Below are positions 14,480 to 31,100 of a DNA stretch of 64,000 bases, one piece after another. Position 1 is the stretch's first letter. Each line of letters opens with the position of its first letter. Origin of the DNA: Malacoraja senta (Eukaryota). The stretch is from assembly GCA_038087875.1 (NCBI GenBank), contig CM075994.1, positions 1,800,001 through 1,864,000 on the forward strand. The letters are read 5' to 3'. Made by a program: the position numbers and the translations under genes. The notes beneath the pieces are model-generated. The model did no database searches. It saw only the letters and a list, made by a program, of their open reading frames with translations, and was not told the DNA's origin.

Positions 14480-16059
14480 TTTTTTTTATTTTTTTAAATT
14501 AATTTTATTAGAAGTTAATACAATACAAAACAATACAGTGGTACCTAATTTTAGGCGCCAACTATGTCATAACGTAATACATTCTACAACCTCTAGTTTT
14601 ATGTTTTTGAAAAGGAAGTAAAAAAAAACAAAAAATAGAGAGAAGAAAAAGAGGAAAAATAGATAGTAGAAAATAGAAAAACGTGAAGTGTTTATATAAG
14701 AAAAGAAAAAGTAGAAAGTAGAAATAGTAGAAAAAGGCCCTTAAAAAAGAAATTTTCAAATCTTTGTTCGGAGATGTAAATCTATCCGCGACCTGACCTG
14801 AAATCAGTAATCTTTACGGTACTGCTGCATCACATGATTCCAAAAAGTCGATGAAAGGGGACCAACTCCTTAAGAATTGGTCATATTTATCTATTAGGCG
14901 GAGTCTCATTTCTTCAAGATGTGCTATGTCCGTCACATTCCTAATCTACATTTTAATAGTTGGTATAGCTGTATTTTTCCAAAATTTAAGTATCAATTTC
15001 TTTCCAATTATTAATCAATAATTAAAGAATACTTTTTGGTCTTTGTTTAAATTGATATCTTCTACTATTATTCCAAATATAATCCATTCCGTATTAGGTT
15101 CTATTCTTGACTTGAAGAGCTTTGTAAATATATCAAATATATCGCTCCAAAATGTGTTCAACTTTGTACATCGTACAAATGAATGTGTTATATTGGCATT
15201 TTGAAACAAACATTTATCGCATCTGGGAGAGACGTTTGGGTAGAATTTATTCAACCTCGTTTTTGAATAATATAGTCTATGTAATAATTTAAATTGAATT
15301 AAATTATGTCTTGCATTAATGGAACAATTATGTGTGTTCATCAGATACTTTTCCCATCTATCGTTCGGGACCTTTATCATTAGTTCATGTTCCCAATCTT
15401 CTCTTAGTGCCTCTGTTGAGGGTAATTCTCTATTTAATATACTATTATAAAAATATGATATTAGTTTTTGTGAATCAGCCTTAATATTCATTGCTTCTTC
15501 TAAAGGGTCTAAAAATATAGTTTGAAATCTATGTATATATTTCTTCATAAAGTCACATATCTGTATATATTTAAAATATTGATTATCATTCAGTTTAAAT
15601 TTTAATTGTAATTGTTGAAATGATAACAATTTGCCCAATTCATACATATCTCCTACTTTCCTAATCCCCAGTCTATCCCATTGTTTATATGATTTGTCGA
15701 TAAAAGATGGTTTGAATGCAGGATTGTTCAATATTGGGGTTAGTACTGATAGATTATTTAATTTCAAGGATAATTTTATTTGTTTCCAAATTCTTATTGT
15801 ATTGTGAATAATTGGGTTCTTCTTATATATTATACTATTCAATTTTATCGGTGAGAACAAGATCGTTCCTATATCGTACGGGAAACACTCCTCATTCTCC
15901 ATTCTTATCCACTCCGACTGGTGAGTGGAACTATCCAACCAGTACATTATGTTCTTAATATGCACTGCCCAGTAGTAATACGTAAAGTTAGGTAGTGATA
16001 AACCCCCAACTTCTTTAGGTTTACACAAATGCTTTTGTTGAATTCTGTGTGCTCTATAA
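14480..16059 (-). mobile_element. L1-clade LINE, 3' part of ORF2 plus 3' UTR and poly(A)
   Basis: 337-aa ORF 15015-16028 with GGLSLPNF..YYWA and a CCHC knuckle CDKC-X8-H-X4-C. Poly(T) on the + strand at 14480-14496. Confidence 0.92.
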
Positions 16060-18246
<2,187 letters not shown>

Positions 18247-18562
18247 TCCCATATAAAATTAGTGATATTAGAATCTAGTTTTTTTTAAAAAATATTTCGG
18301 AATATATATTGGGATCGCTTGAAACAAATATATTAATTGTGGTAAGAAAGTCATTTTTATAGCGTTAATTCTACCTATCAATGAGAGTGGGAGCGTTTTC
18401 CAAAATTTAATCATAACATTCAGTTTATTTAATAGTGGCATAAAATTGGCGCTACATAATGATTTGTGTCTTCTCGTAATTTGAATACCTAAATACTTGA
18501 ATTTTTCTGTTGCAATTTTGAAAGGGAATTTTAATAAGTGTCTCACATCCTGTGGTTTTAAA
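18247..18562 (-). mobile_element. L1-clade LINE, upstream part of the same ORF2 (5'-truncated)
   Basis: FKYLGIQIT...W..LPLSLIGRINAIKMTFLPQLIYLFQAIP, continuous with 14480-16059. Confidence 0.9.
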
Positions 18563-19417
18563 GTGTGTGTGTTCGTGTGCGTGTGTATATGAGTGTGTGT
18601 TTGTGTGCGTGTGTATATGAGTGTGTGTGTGTTTGTGTGTGTGTGTATATGAGTGTGTGTTTGTGTGCGTGTGTATATGAGCGTGTGTGTGTGTGTGTTT
18701 GTGTGTGCTAATGTGTGTGTATGCATTTCTGCTCCCGGCATCTCTGCACTCTGCTTGCTCCTGGGCTGTATTGTTCTGTGTTCAATGTTCCAGAACAATC
18801 TCTGCTGATCTCTAGTCCTGACTTTAAAGCCCTGATGTGGTAAATGCCGCTGGACGTAAAGACTGGAGACTTCTGCTAGTTCCTATTCCGCCAATTCAGG
18901 CTGGGCTCATTCACAGCCTGGGTTTACTAGTGCTTTGGAGGGTATATCAATGTTTCTTTTTACAATCATTGATAATCCAGCCTTATTCCAGCACTTTGTA
19001 TCTTTTTTTGTAAACCAGTATCTGCAGTTCTTTGTGACTACATTTGTCTGCTCCACTGCAAAATCTCCACAAGGTATGACCACTTTGAAGAAGTTCTCCT
19101 CCTCTCTCTGACAGGAGTTCTGTGAGAACCTCTCTCACTGCCCCCCCACTGTGGTTCCAGCTGCTCTCCTAATCTTCAACTGTTCTGACCCAGACTCTGG
19201 CCTTTTTCCAACCATCTCCCCATCAACCCCACCCCCCCCTCCCTTGACTTGTATCCACCTATCACTTGCTAGACTTTGTCATGCCCATCCTCTCTTCCAG
19301 CTTTCTCCCCCCTATTACAATCTGAGTCTGAAGATGGGTCCTGAACTGAAACATCATCTATCCATGTTCTCCAGAAATGCTGCCTTATTGTAAACTAGCA
19401 TCTGCAGTTTCTTCATA

Positions 19418-20105
19418 ATCATAATCGTAATTTATTAGCCAAGTTGTTTTGCAACATACGAGGAATTTGGTTTGCCATACAGTCATACCAAAAAAGCACC
19501 AAGACACACAACCACATAAAAATTTGACATAAACATCCACCACAGCGGCTCCTCCACATTCCCCACTGTGATGGAAGGCAATGAAGTCTTATCTTCTTTC
19601 CTCCTTTCCTCCCGCGGTCGGGGGAGTCGAACCATCCGCAGCTGGCAATCGAGCTCCCACATCGGGGCGGTCTAAGCTCCCGCATCAGGGCGGTCGAAAC
19701 TCCTGCGGCTTGGAGTCCCTGAAATCAGCCGCTAATCAGGGACCACGAGCTTCACGATGTTAAAGTCCGCAGCTCTTGAAGTTTGGAGCACCAAAGGCCA
19801 ACCCCTGGCAAAGGGATCGCCTGCTCACGATGTTAAAGTCCGCAGGCTCCGCAGCTTTGGAGCTCTAGAAGTCCCAAACAAGAGGCCGTCAACTCCACGA
19901 TGTTAGGCCGCAGTGCAGACGGAAATACGACACGGAAAAAGGCGCAACTCCGTCGAGGAAAGAGATAAGAAAAGTTTCCCCCACCCCCCACAAATGCAAA
20001 AACTAAAGATAAGCTAAAACTTATATTTTACAACAAACTAAAAACACAAAGAATTAAAAAGATGAAGACAGACCGTTGGCGAGGCAGCCATCATGTGACG
20101 GCCCC
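19418..20105 (-). mobile_element. GC-rich non-coding retroposon with a LINE-like 3' tail
   Basis: On the minus strand it ends caaattcctcgtatgttgcaaaac..ggctaataaa plus short repeats. Homologous to 39115-40775. Confidence 0.55.
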
Positions 20106-21654
20106 TGGTTTCTACTTTATCTTTTCCTTGTTAATGTTACTGCTCCTGCCTTATTATTCTGCTGCTCTTGAACTCTGTGCATCTGTATTCCATTCCTCTC
20201 AATTTTTCCTAATTTATCTCACGTCTCAATTTAGCTACAGGGTTCCTCATTAGTGTTTGGTTTGTTCTTGCTTTTTATCTCTGTTGAGTCGTACTTGCAA
20301 AGTTCCTCACTGCTTTCTGCATCACTATAGTAACAGTCGAATAACGGCAGATTATAGTGACTGCGATGATTACAATGGTCTTCAAAGAAATTAACAGCAA
20401 AGTAATGACAATAAAATCATCAGAGACAGCTTCATGACAATTACAGTATCTCTCTTTATAATGTTCAAGAGCTGATGGTTGTTGGGAAGTAGCTGTTCCT
20501 GTGCCTGAACGTTACAGTTTTCAGACTCCTGTACTTTATTCCTGATTGCAGGAGTGAAATGTGAGAGTGGCCAGAGTGAAGCATGTCCTCAGAATGCCAA
20601 CAGTGCCATCCATTATCGTGAGACTGAATGTCACCATTCCTTATCGGTTCACGTCTGACTGGGCTTTGAAACATGAACTCATGAGCTCACTTGGCAACTA
20701 TCTGAGGCAGAGTCATCCATCAGTAAACAGTAGGAAGCGAGGGCCAACTTAGCCTAAAGACACTTTTTGGTTGTGTCCATGTGTTATTTTTACAAAGTTA
20801 AATTTATTCACTTATTTACAATAGTATTTAGTATTCATGGGGTGGCACAGTGGCGCAGCGGCAGAGACTCATGATTGATCATGACTACTGGTGCTGTCTT
20901 TATGGAGTTTGTATGTTCCCCCTGTTTTCTCCGGGTGCTACGGTTTCCTCCCATACTCCAAAAACGTACAGGTTTGTAGGCTAATTGGCTTGGTAAAATT
21001 GTAAATTGTCCCTAATGTGTGTAGGATAGTGTTAGTGTACAGGGATCTTTGCTCAGTGCAGACTCAGTGGGCCGAAGGGCCTGTTTCTGAACTGTATCTC
21101 TAAACAAAACATCAAGCTATAACAAAACACCCACCACCATATTACCACCAGCATAAAATTGCTAAATATCCTTTACTACTAAACATTAAATTACTATATT
21201 TCATCTGAAGAAGGGTTCCGACCCGAAAAGTGACCCATCCTCTTTCTGCAGAGATGCTGCCAGACCCGCTGAGTTACTCCAGCACTTTGTGTCTTCTCAA
21301 TGCTACAATCCTGATCCAGCATACAGTCGATCCCCCGCGGTGCCCAGGGGTCCCAGAAACCCTCTATGGTGCCCGGGGACAGCCATGTACAGACTTAACC
21401 CTGGAAAAGGGGCAGGCAGTGGTACCTGGCTATCATACCCCAGCAGAAACAAGGAACTACAGATGCTGGTTATTACACAAAAGGACACAGTGCTGGAGTA
21501 ACTCAGCAGGTCAGGCAGCATCTCTGGAGAAGATGGAAAGGCAGCCTCAGCAAGTAAAGATCAGAAAGCTCAGAATATTCCCAGAATAATCACTCCAACA
21601 AAAATCGAGAAGTCACGTTGCACCTTCAGAGAAGTTTGGTTTAGGTCACATCTA

Positions 21655-21708
21655 GGGGTGGAAGATTGCAACCTTCACGTGGTCCGCCCTGTTTCAACGA
21701 ATGCAATC
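21655..21708 (+). ncRNA. Minimal HDV-like (CPEB3-type) self-cleaving ribozyme fold
   Basis: P1 GGGGUGG/CCGCCCU with the G1-U wobble, P2 GAUUGCA/UGCAAUC, P3 ACC/GGU, L3 UUCACGU, GU after P1', and J4/2 CGAA with the predicted catalytic C at 21698. Confidence 0.85.
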
Positions 21709-21799
21709 AACCAGGCGTGCACAATCAAATAAGATCAAATAGAACAAGTTGTCCTACAACTTTAGGCTGTGCACGCCATACGCAAGAAGAAGAAGAAGA
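21655..21799 (+). mobile_element. 145-bp SINE-like retroposon with (AAG)n tail and 12-bp TSD
   Basis: TSD aggtcacatcta at 21643-21654 and 21800-21811. Tail ccatacgc(aag)n. Inserted into a CR1 RT remnant (the VRPHLEYCVQFW region). Confidence 0.9.
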
Positions 21800-23374
21800 A
21801 GGTCACATCTAGAATATTGTGTACAGTTCTGGTTGCCTCATTATAGGAAGGATGTGGAGGCTTTCGAAGAGGGTGCAGAAGAAGTTTACCAGAATGGCGA
21901 AGAAACATGGAACTGCAGATGCAGGTTTACAAAAAAAGACGCAAAGTGCTGGAGTAAGTCTGCGGGTCAGGCAGCATCTGGAGAACATGGATAGGTGATG
22001 TTTTGGGTCGGGACTCTTCTTCAGACTGACACCGGGATTAGTGGCTTTTAGCTATAAAGAGAGATTGGACAAATTTGGATTATTTTGTCTCTAGTGTTGG
22101 ACGTGGGAGGGAATTATATAAAATTATGAGAGGCATAGACAGTCAGAATCTTTTTCACAGGGACGAAATGTCAAATAAAGACATAGCTGTAAGGTGAGAG
22201 GGGAAAGTTTAAAGAAAATGTGCAGGTCATGTATTTTTTTAGAGAGTGATGGGGGCCTGGAACGTGCTGCCAGGGGTGGTAGTGGAGGCAGATACAATAG
22301 TGTTGTTTAAGAGGCTTATAGATAGGCACATGGATATGCAGGGAATGGAGGGAAATGAATCACATGCAGCCTGCAGAGGAGGATTAGTTTAACCTAGTTT
22401 AACATGGACTGATCCTGGAACGTGCCTGGAACGTGCTGCCAGGAAAGTAATAGACACAGACACCATAGCAACATTTAAGAGGCTTTTAAACATACGCATG
22501 AACTGGCGGAGGATGCAGAGATATGGACCATGTGCAGGAGGATGGGATTAGGATTGAAGAGAGATGTGGACGCAGCCCAGACCATCACACAAACCAACCT
22601 CCCTTCATTTGACTCCATCTGCACTTCACGCTGCCTCGGCAAGGCTACCAGCATAATCAAGGACCAGTCTTACCCCGGTCACTCCCTCTTCTCCCCTTTC
22701 GCATCAGGCAAGAAGTTTAGAAGCGTGAAAATGCACTGCTCCAGATTCAGGGACAGTTTCTTCCCAGTTGTTATCAGACAACTGAACCATGCTCTCACCA
22801 ACTAGAGAGCAGTCCTGACCTCACATCTACCTCATTGGAGACACTTGGACTATCTTTAATCGGACTATACTGTACACTGTGGATGGCTTGATTATAATCA
22901 TGTATAGTCTTTCCGCTGACTGGATAGTACCCAACAAAAAATCTTATTGTCACGTGTACTTCGGTACACGTGACAATAAATTAAATCAAACTAAACTAGG
23001 TTAGAGTTAGAGGGAATTTTGTACTTTACCCGTACTCAATATCTGACTTTACTCAGATAGGCACAGACACAAAATAAAACATTTCATAAATCAGTGGTGA
23101 GTTTATCGAACAAGTCGGTTTAATAAAAGGCCTTAGCAATGTACATTGAGAAGCAGTGTGAGCAAGCTCAAACTACTTCAATATCCTACAGTAACTGTAG
23201 GATTCTTATACCCTCATGACACAATGGTTATTTGTGAAGTTGAAATAACAATCATTAATCAGTCTCTGTAACCTTTCATCTTTGTGTTTCCCCAAAGTTA
23301 ACTTTAATCTTGAGTTTCTTGTTGTTTAGAAATCTTCCTCCCATATACAATATCTAACATGTAGATCCCATATA

Positions 23375-24991
23375 CAGTGGCTTGCAAAAGTATTCATACC
23401 CCTTGAACTTTTCCACATTTTGTCACGTTACAACCACAAGCGTAAATGTATTTTATTGGGATTTTATTTGATAGACCAACACAAAGTGGTGCATAATTGT
23501 GAAGTGGAAGGGAAATGATACATGGTTTTCAAAGTTTTTTACAAATAAAAAACTGAAAAGTGTGGCGTGCAAAAGTATTCAGCCCCCCTGAGTCAATACT
23601 TTGTAGAACCATCTTTCGCTGCAATTACAGCTGCAAGTCTTTTGGGGTATGTCTCTACCAGCTTTGCACATCTAGAGACTGAAATTTTTGTCCATTCTTC
23701 TTTGCAAAATAGCTCAAGCTCAGTCAGATTGGATGGAGAGCGTCTGTGAACAGCAATTTTCAAGTCTTGCCAGAGATTCTCAATTGGATTTAGGTCTGGT
23801 CTTTGACTGGGCCATTCTAACACATGAATATGCTTTGATCTAAACCATTCCATTGTAGCTCTGGCTGTATGTTTAGAGTCGTTGTCCTGCTGGAAGGTGA
23901 ACCTCCGCCCCAGTCTCAAGTCTTTTTCAGACTCTAACAGGTTTTCTTCCAAGATTGCCCTGTATTTGGCTCCATCCATCTTCCCATCAACTCTGACCAG
24001 CTTCCCTGTCCCTGCTGAAGAAAAGCATCCCCACAGCATGATGCTGCCACCACCATGTTTCACAGTGGGGATGGTGTGTTCAGGGTGATATGCAATGTTA
24101 GTTTTCCACCACACATAGCGTTTTGCATTTAGGCCAAAAACTTCAATTTTGGTCTCATCTGACCAGAGCACCTTCCTCCACATGTTTGCTGTGTCCCCCA
24201 CATGGCTTGTGGCAAACTGCAAATGGGACTTCTTATGGCTTTATTTCAACAATGGCTTTCTTCTTGCCACTCTTCCATAAAGGAACGATTTGTGGAGTGC
24301 ACGACTAATAGTTGTCCTGTGGACAGATTCTCCCACCTGAGCTGTGGATCTCTGCAGCTCCTCCAGAGTTACCATGGGCCTCTTGGCTGCTTCTCTGATC
24401 AATGCTCTCCTTGCCCGGCCTGTCAGTTTAGGTGGACGGCCATGTCTTGGTAGGTTTGCAGTTGTGCCATACTCTTTCCATTTTCGGATGATGGATTGAA
24501 CAGTGCTCCGTGAGATGTTCAAAGCTTGGGATATTTGTTTATAACCTAACCCTGCTTTAAACTTCTCCACATCTTTATCCGTGACTTGTCTGGTGTGTTC
24601 CTTGGGCTTCATGATGCTGTTTGTTCACTAATGTTCTCTAACAAACCTCTGAGGCCTTCACAGAACAGCTGTATTTATACTGAGATTAGATTACACACAA
24701 GTGGACTCTATTTACTAATTAGGTGACTTCTGAAGGCAATTGGTTGCATTGGATTTTATTTAGGGGTATCAGAGTAAAGGGGGCTGAATACTTTTGCACG
24801 CCACACTTTTCAGTTTTTTATTTGTAAAAAAATTTGAAAACCATGTATCATTTTCCTTCCACTTCACAATTATGCGCCACTTTGTGTTGGTCTATCACAT
24901 AAAATCCCAATAAAATACATTTACGTTTGTGGTTGTAACATGACAAAATGTGGAAACGTTCAAGGGGTATGAATACTTTTGCAAGCCACTG
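23375..24991 (-). mobile_element. Full-length Tc1 IR/DR transposon, Passport-like
   Basis: TA TSD. TIRs of about 215 bp start CAGTGGCTTGCAAAAGTATTCA and carry the internal direct repeat tgcaaaagtattca. Length 1617 bp. Confidence 0.97.
23593..24612 (-). pseudogene. DD34E Tc1 transposase, 339 aa, one in-frame stop
   Basis: ORFs 24241-24612 and 23593-24222 are in the same frame, separated by TAA at 24241-24243. Paired-like HTH with GRPPK, then WSDETK, QQDND and PDLNPIE, with 34 residues between the second D and the E. Confidence 0.95.
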
Positions 24992-25317
24992 TATGTCCAG
25001 ATTCCTCCACCAAATGGAATCCCTGGTAAAATAGGTCATTTGTTAACCTTTGGGTGACTTGCCTGATAAACACATTGACCAAGAGCAGCTTGTAATGCAA
25101 GATTGCAACAGGTAAGAACCCACACAGAACTACAAAGACTCATTCTCCACCCCCCCCCCCACTGATAAGGAAGCTTGTTTTCCAGCAAAATGTTTTAGCT
25201 TTGATATTCTGACTACATTCTTGATTATTTTCCCAACATGCTCGCCAGTATGTGAACTCCAGGATTAACTAAACTATACCCTACTCATCTTCCTTACAAT
25301 TTTCAGAAATCCATACA

Positions 25318-25329
25318 TTTCCCCCTCTT
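25318..25329 (-). promoter_or_regulatory. Polypurine tract of the LTR element
   Basis: AAGAGGGGGAAA on the minus strand, immediately before the TG of the 3' LTR. Confidence 0.85.
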
Positions 25330-25372
25330 GGCAATTGGCCACACCCAATTAAGCCATATTAAACAACACCCT

Positions 25373-26380
25373 CTAATACTGGAGCCTTCCTACCTGCCTA
25401 ACTAACATCAGAGTTCTCAACTTATCATATTGTTTCCTGTTATACCAAAATAACAAAATCAAAACAATTACAATCAATAACTGTACAAATACCAATACAT
25501 GTGATAAAATCTTATTCCATGGGTTCTATTCCAAAATCCTATTCCATCAGCATTCCGCCCCCAGTTCCAGTCCTACCAAGTCCATTTTCTCCAAATGTCC
25601 TCTGCTTCTCTGCCATGCTTCCGAATAATCTTAGTGCCCTCAGACCAGTCACGAATTACCATCTCACCCTCCTTCATCAGTGCCTTCCAATCAGCATGGA
25701 GGTGTGGTATTGGTTGAAGTTTGGTGCGACAAATCCTCTTAATGTCTCATCCACGTCATTCCGTACTACATTCAAGCACACGGTTACCGATTTTTCCTCC
25801 GACGGTACCATCATTTCCTTGTCTCAGATAGTGATCTGGCTCGTAACACCCTGGATTACGACATTATAACCACATGGAATATACTTCCAGCCATTTGTTC
25901 CATACCACTTAGCAGAGGTAGCGACGTACTGTAATATTTCCCCATTGATAGAGCAATACCTGCAAAAGAAGCATTAGGTTTTACATCAATCGCAAGCTTA
26001 CAGTTATTATATGAGTTAATCAACAACCAGACTCCATCCAACTCATTATTTCTTCTTTGATGACATCGGTGCAATCTGATCCCCCCTTGGTTCCTCATCA
26101 ATTTCTACAGAGTATTCAGGAGCATTATGCACTGTTATCCAAGCTCCCTATTTAGATTGTCCAATATTATGCTGCTGGTACAGGGGAAAAAGTCTTATTC
26201 TTCAGCTGGTGTGGAACATGGAGAAAAACTCCAATAATATGTTCCCTGAGCATCTTGGCATATTTGATCCACTTGACTCGCTATAGTCAGCGATCTAAGG
26301 TGACAATCAGGCTGCATATCCTGAGTCCTCTTTTGTATATTACCAGACGCATGCTGAACTTCCAGAACTTGCATCAAAAC
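25373..26380 (-). pseudogene. Envelope glycoprotein remnant (C-terminal half), frameshifted
   Basis: Manual translation gives IIGVFLHVP..FPLYQQHNIG..VHNAPEYSVEI..IRLHRCHQ..., a Trp-rich stretch WRKWTW*DWNW, a TM segment ILSHVLVFVQLLIVIVLILLFW and a basic tail YNRKQYDKLR, with the stop just before the PPT. Confidence 0.7.
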
Positions 26381-26694
26381 AAGCTTTTACAAAATAACTT
26401 ATAAACTCGAAATCAGCAATCAGTAACTCTTGAGCAATATCCGTAAAACCTGCAGAAATACATTGTTATTAGGAAAAGCAATGTTTAAGATTATTCCCCA
26501 ATTGTTCCAATCGATCTCCCAAAATAACAATTTAAAATTCATAGTCCAAATGTATACCATTCACAATTTCCCTAAATGCCAATTTCTTCCTGAAATGTTG
26601 GCATCTCATATCTAGAAAAGAGGCACTCACATTTCTAACACTAACCTGGATTCCACATTTCGTTCAGACCGAAAGGTCTGAATGACAATAAAGG

Positions 26695-29422
<2,728 letters not shown>

Positions 29423-29779
29423 ATCCAGGTCTGTCTTTGAAATCAATAAAAAATGAAAGAATTAGAAAGAAAAGAAACAGACAAAACACAGATAAAACAA
29501 AAAAACTGCATCTTTGCACATCTCCTTCATTCAAACCTTTGGAAGAAAACAAAGAATAAACAATCAATTTCCACATTGAAAGCTTCTCACAAATGTCCAA
29601 ACAATAAAAGATGAATGGGTTCGAGAGGTCTCCTCATACAAATTCTTAAAGGGACACTACCTCAAGAGTACTACAAATACATTCACATAGAGGAGCAGAA
29701 TCATTTAGTCACATCCTATTCCATCTGAGTAATTCAACATTCTCCGAGAACAAATGAGCAAACAATTTAACAATCACTG

Positions 29780-30075
29780 TTTAAGAAGGAACTGCAGATG
29801 CTGGAAAATCAAAGGTAGACAAAAGTGCTGGAGAAACTCAGCGGGTGCAGAAGCATCTATGGTTTTAAGAAGGAACTGCAGATGCGGGAAAATCTAAGGT
29901 ATTTTAAGAGGGAACTGCAGATGCTGTTTTAAGAAAGAACTGCAGATGCTGTTTTAAGAAGGAACTGCAGATGCTGTTTTAAGAAGGAACTGCAGATGCT
30001 GTAACGTTGCCTATTTCCTTCGCTCCATAGATGCTGCTGCACCCGCTGAGTTTCTCCAGCACTTTTGTCTACCTT
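29780..30075. mobile_element. Penelope-derived fold-back repeat with internal 25-bp tandem copies
   Basis: Inverted arms ggtagacaaaagtgctggagaaactcagcgggtgc / gcacccgctgagtttctccagcacttttgtctacc, with tandem ttttaagaaggaactgcagatgctg between them. Confidence 0.7.
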
Positions 30076-30189
30076 AACAATCTTTGTGCTCTCTGACTTC
30101 ATGCTTTTTCTCGCTTCCTTTCATACAAATCTAAATTAACTAGCGAGTTGCCACAACACCTGCAACTCTCTGTTGACTCCCACAGACAT

Positions 30190-30728
30190 TCACACACTTA
30201 TAACATCCCGGTTGCTCAGTCATATCTCTTATCATGCTGGTAATTCATCCTCCTCTCGTACTGACTACTGTTCGAATCAGAGTTACTGGGACTGCAGCTC
30301 GTTTCTTCACATTTATGTCCTCGGGTGGGGACAGTCCATAATCCTCACCATACCCATCTCATTGATACATCTCATTGTCTAAACTTCCCCAGTCAACATT
30401 GTCTCCGTCCATTGGCGGGGCGGTTGGTGACAGCCACCATTCTCCCACAAATTTTAATTTTGTTCTTCCTCCTGTGCACATTCTAATGTTGCTATGTTTA
30501 CCGTTTGTTGTTGGTCCTTTGCCATGGCTGGGAGTATAATTACTCCTTTTTAATATTTCCTCTTCTCTTGTCCCTGCCACCAAGCTTTTTGCTCAGCGAG
30601 CGATGCCTCCGGATTGTACCCTTTCTCTATCATTTTCTCATTACTTTTTTATCACAGTCGACTATAGTTTGTACTATGGATCCCTCGGGCCCCCATTTGA
30701 TGCCAGCACTTTTCTTATCGGCAGCCAT
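30190..30728 (-). pseudogene. Gag N-terminal remnant with PTAP late-domain motif
   Basis: MAADKKSAGIKWGPEGS...EKGYNPEASLAEQKAWW...SPTAPP...VPVTLIRTVVSTRGG, with stops and frameshifts, located downstream of the PBS. Confidence 0.6.
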
Positions 30729-30824
30729 ACTCAGCACATTGAGTGCCCTACAGGTACTTTATACTGTTTGAAACCACTTTCAAGTTACTTACCAACACAA
30801 GCTGTCCTCGTGTCTGCCTTATTG

Positions 30825-31100
30825 CACCAGAGGCTGATGTCTGCCCACACCAGAGGCTGATGTCTGCCCACACCAGAGGCTAATGTCTACCCTCACCAGA
30901 GGCTGATGTCTATTATACCCGAGGCTGATGTTTATTGCACGAGAAGCTGATGTCTCTTCGCACCCGAGTCTGATATCTACCCGCACCAGAAACTGATGTC
31001 TCTCCACACCAGAGGCTGATGTCTACCCGCACCAAAAAGTTGATGTCTACCCGCACCAGAGGCTGATGTCTCTCCGCACCAGAGGCTGATGTCTCAGGCA
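30825..31100. repeat. Minisatellite of about 12 units of 22-24 bp in the ERV leader
   Basis: Unit caccagaggctgatgtct plus 4-6 variable nt. Confidence 0.9.

Larger units (their letters stand above)
23005..25317 (-). repeat. 3' LTR, split by the Tc1 insertion into 23005-23374 and 24992-25317
   Basis: Aligns along its whole length to 31420-32120 once 23375-24991 is removed. Confidence 0.92.

Noticed and set aside
13676..14621. Several Cys/Val- or Arg/Glu-rich ORFs
   Set aside because: Low-complexity (GT)n and purine tracts.
30825..31100. CRISPR-like repeat array
   Set aside because: The variable parts are only 4-6 nt and resemble each other, there are no cas genes, and the context is eukaryotic. 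It is a minisatellite.
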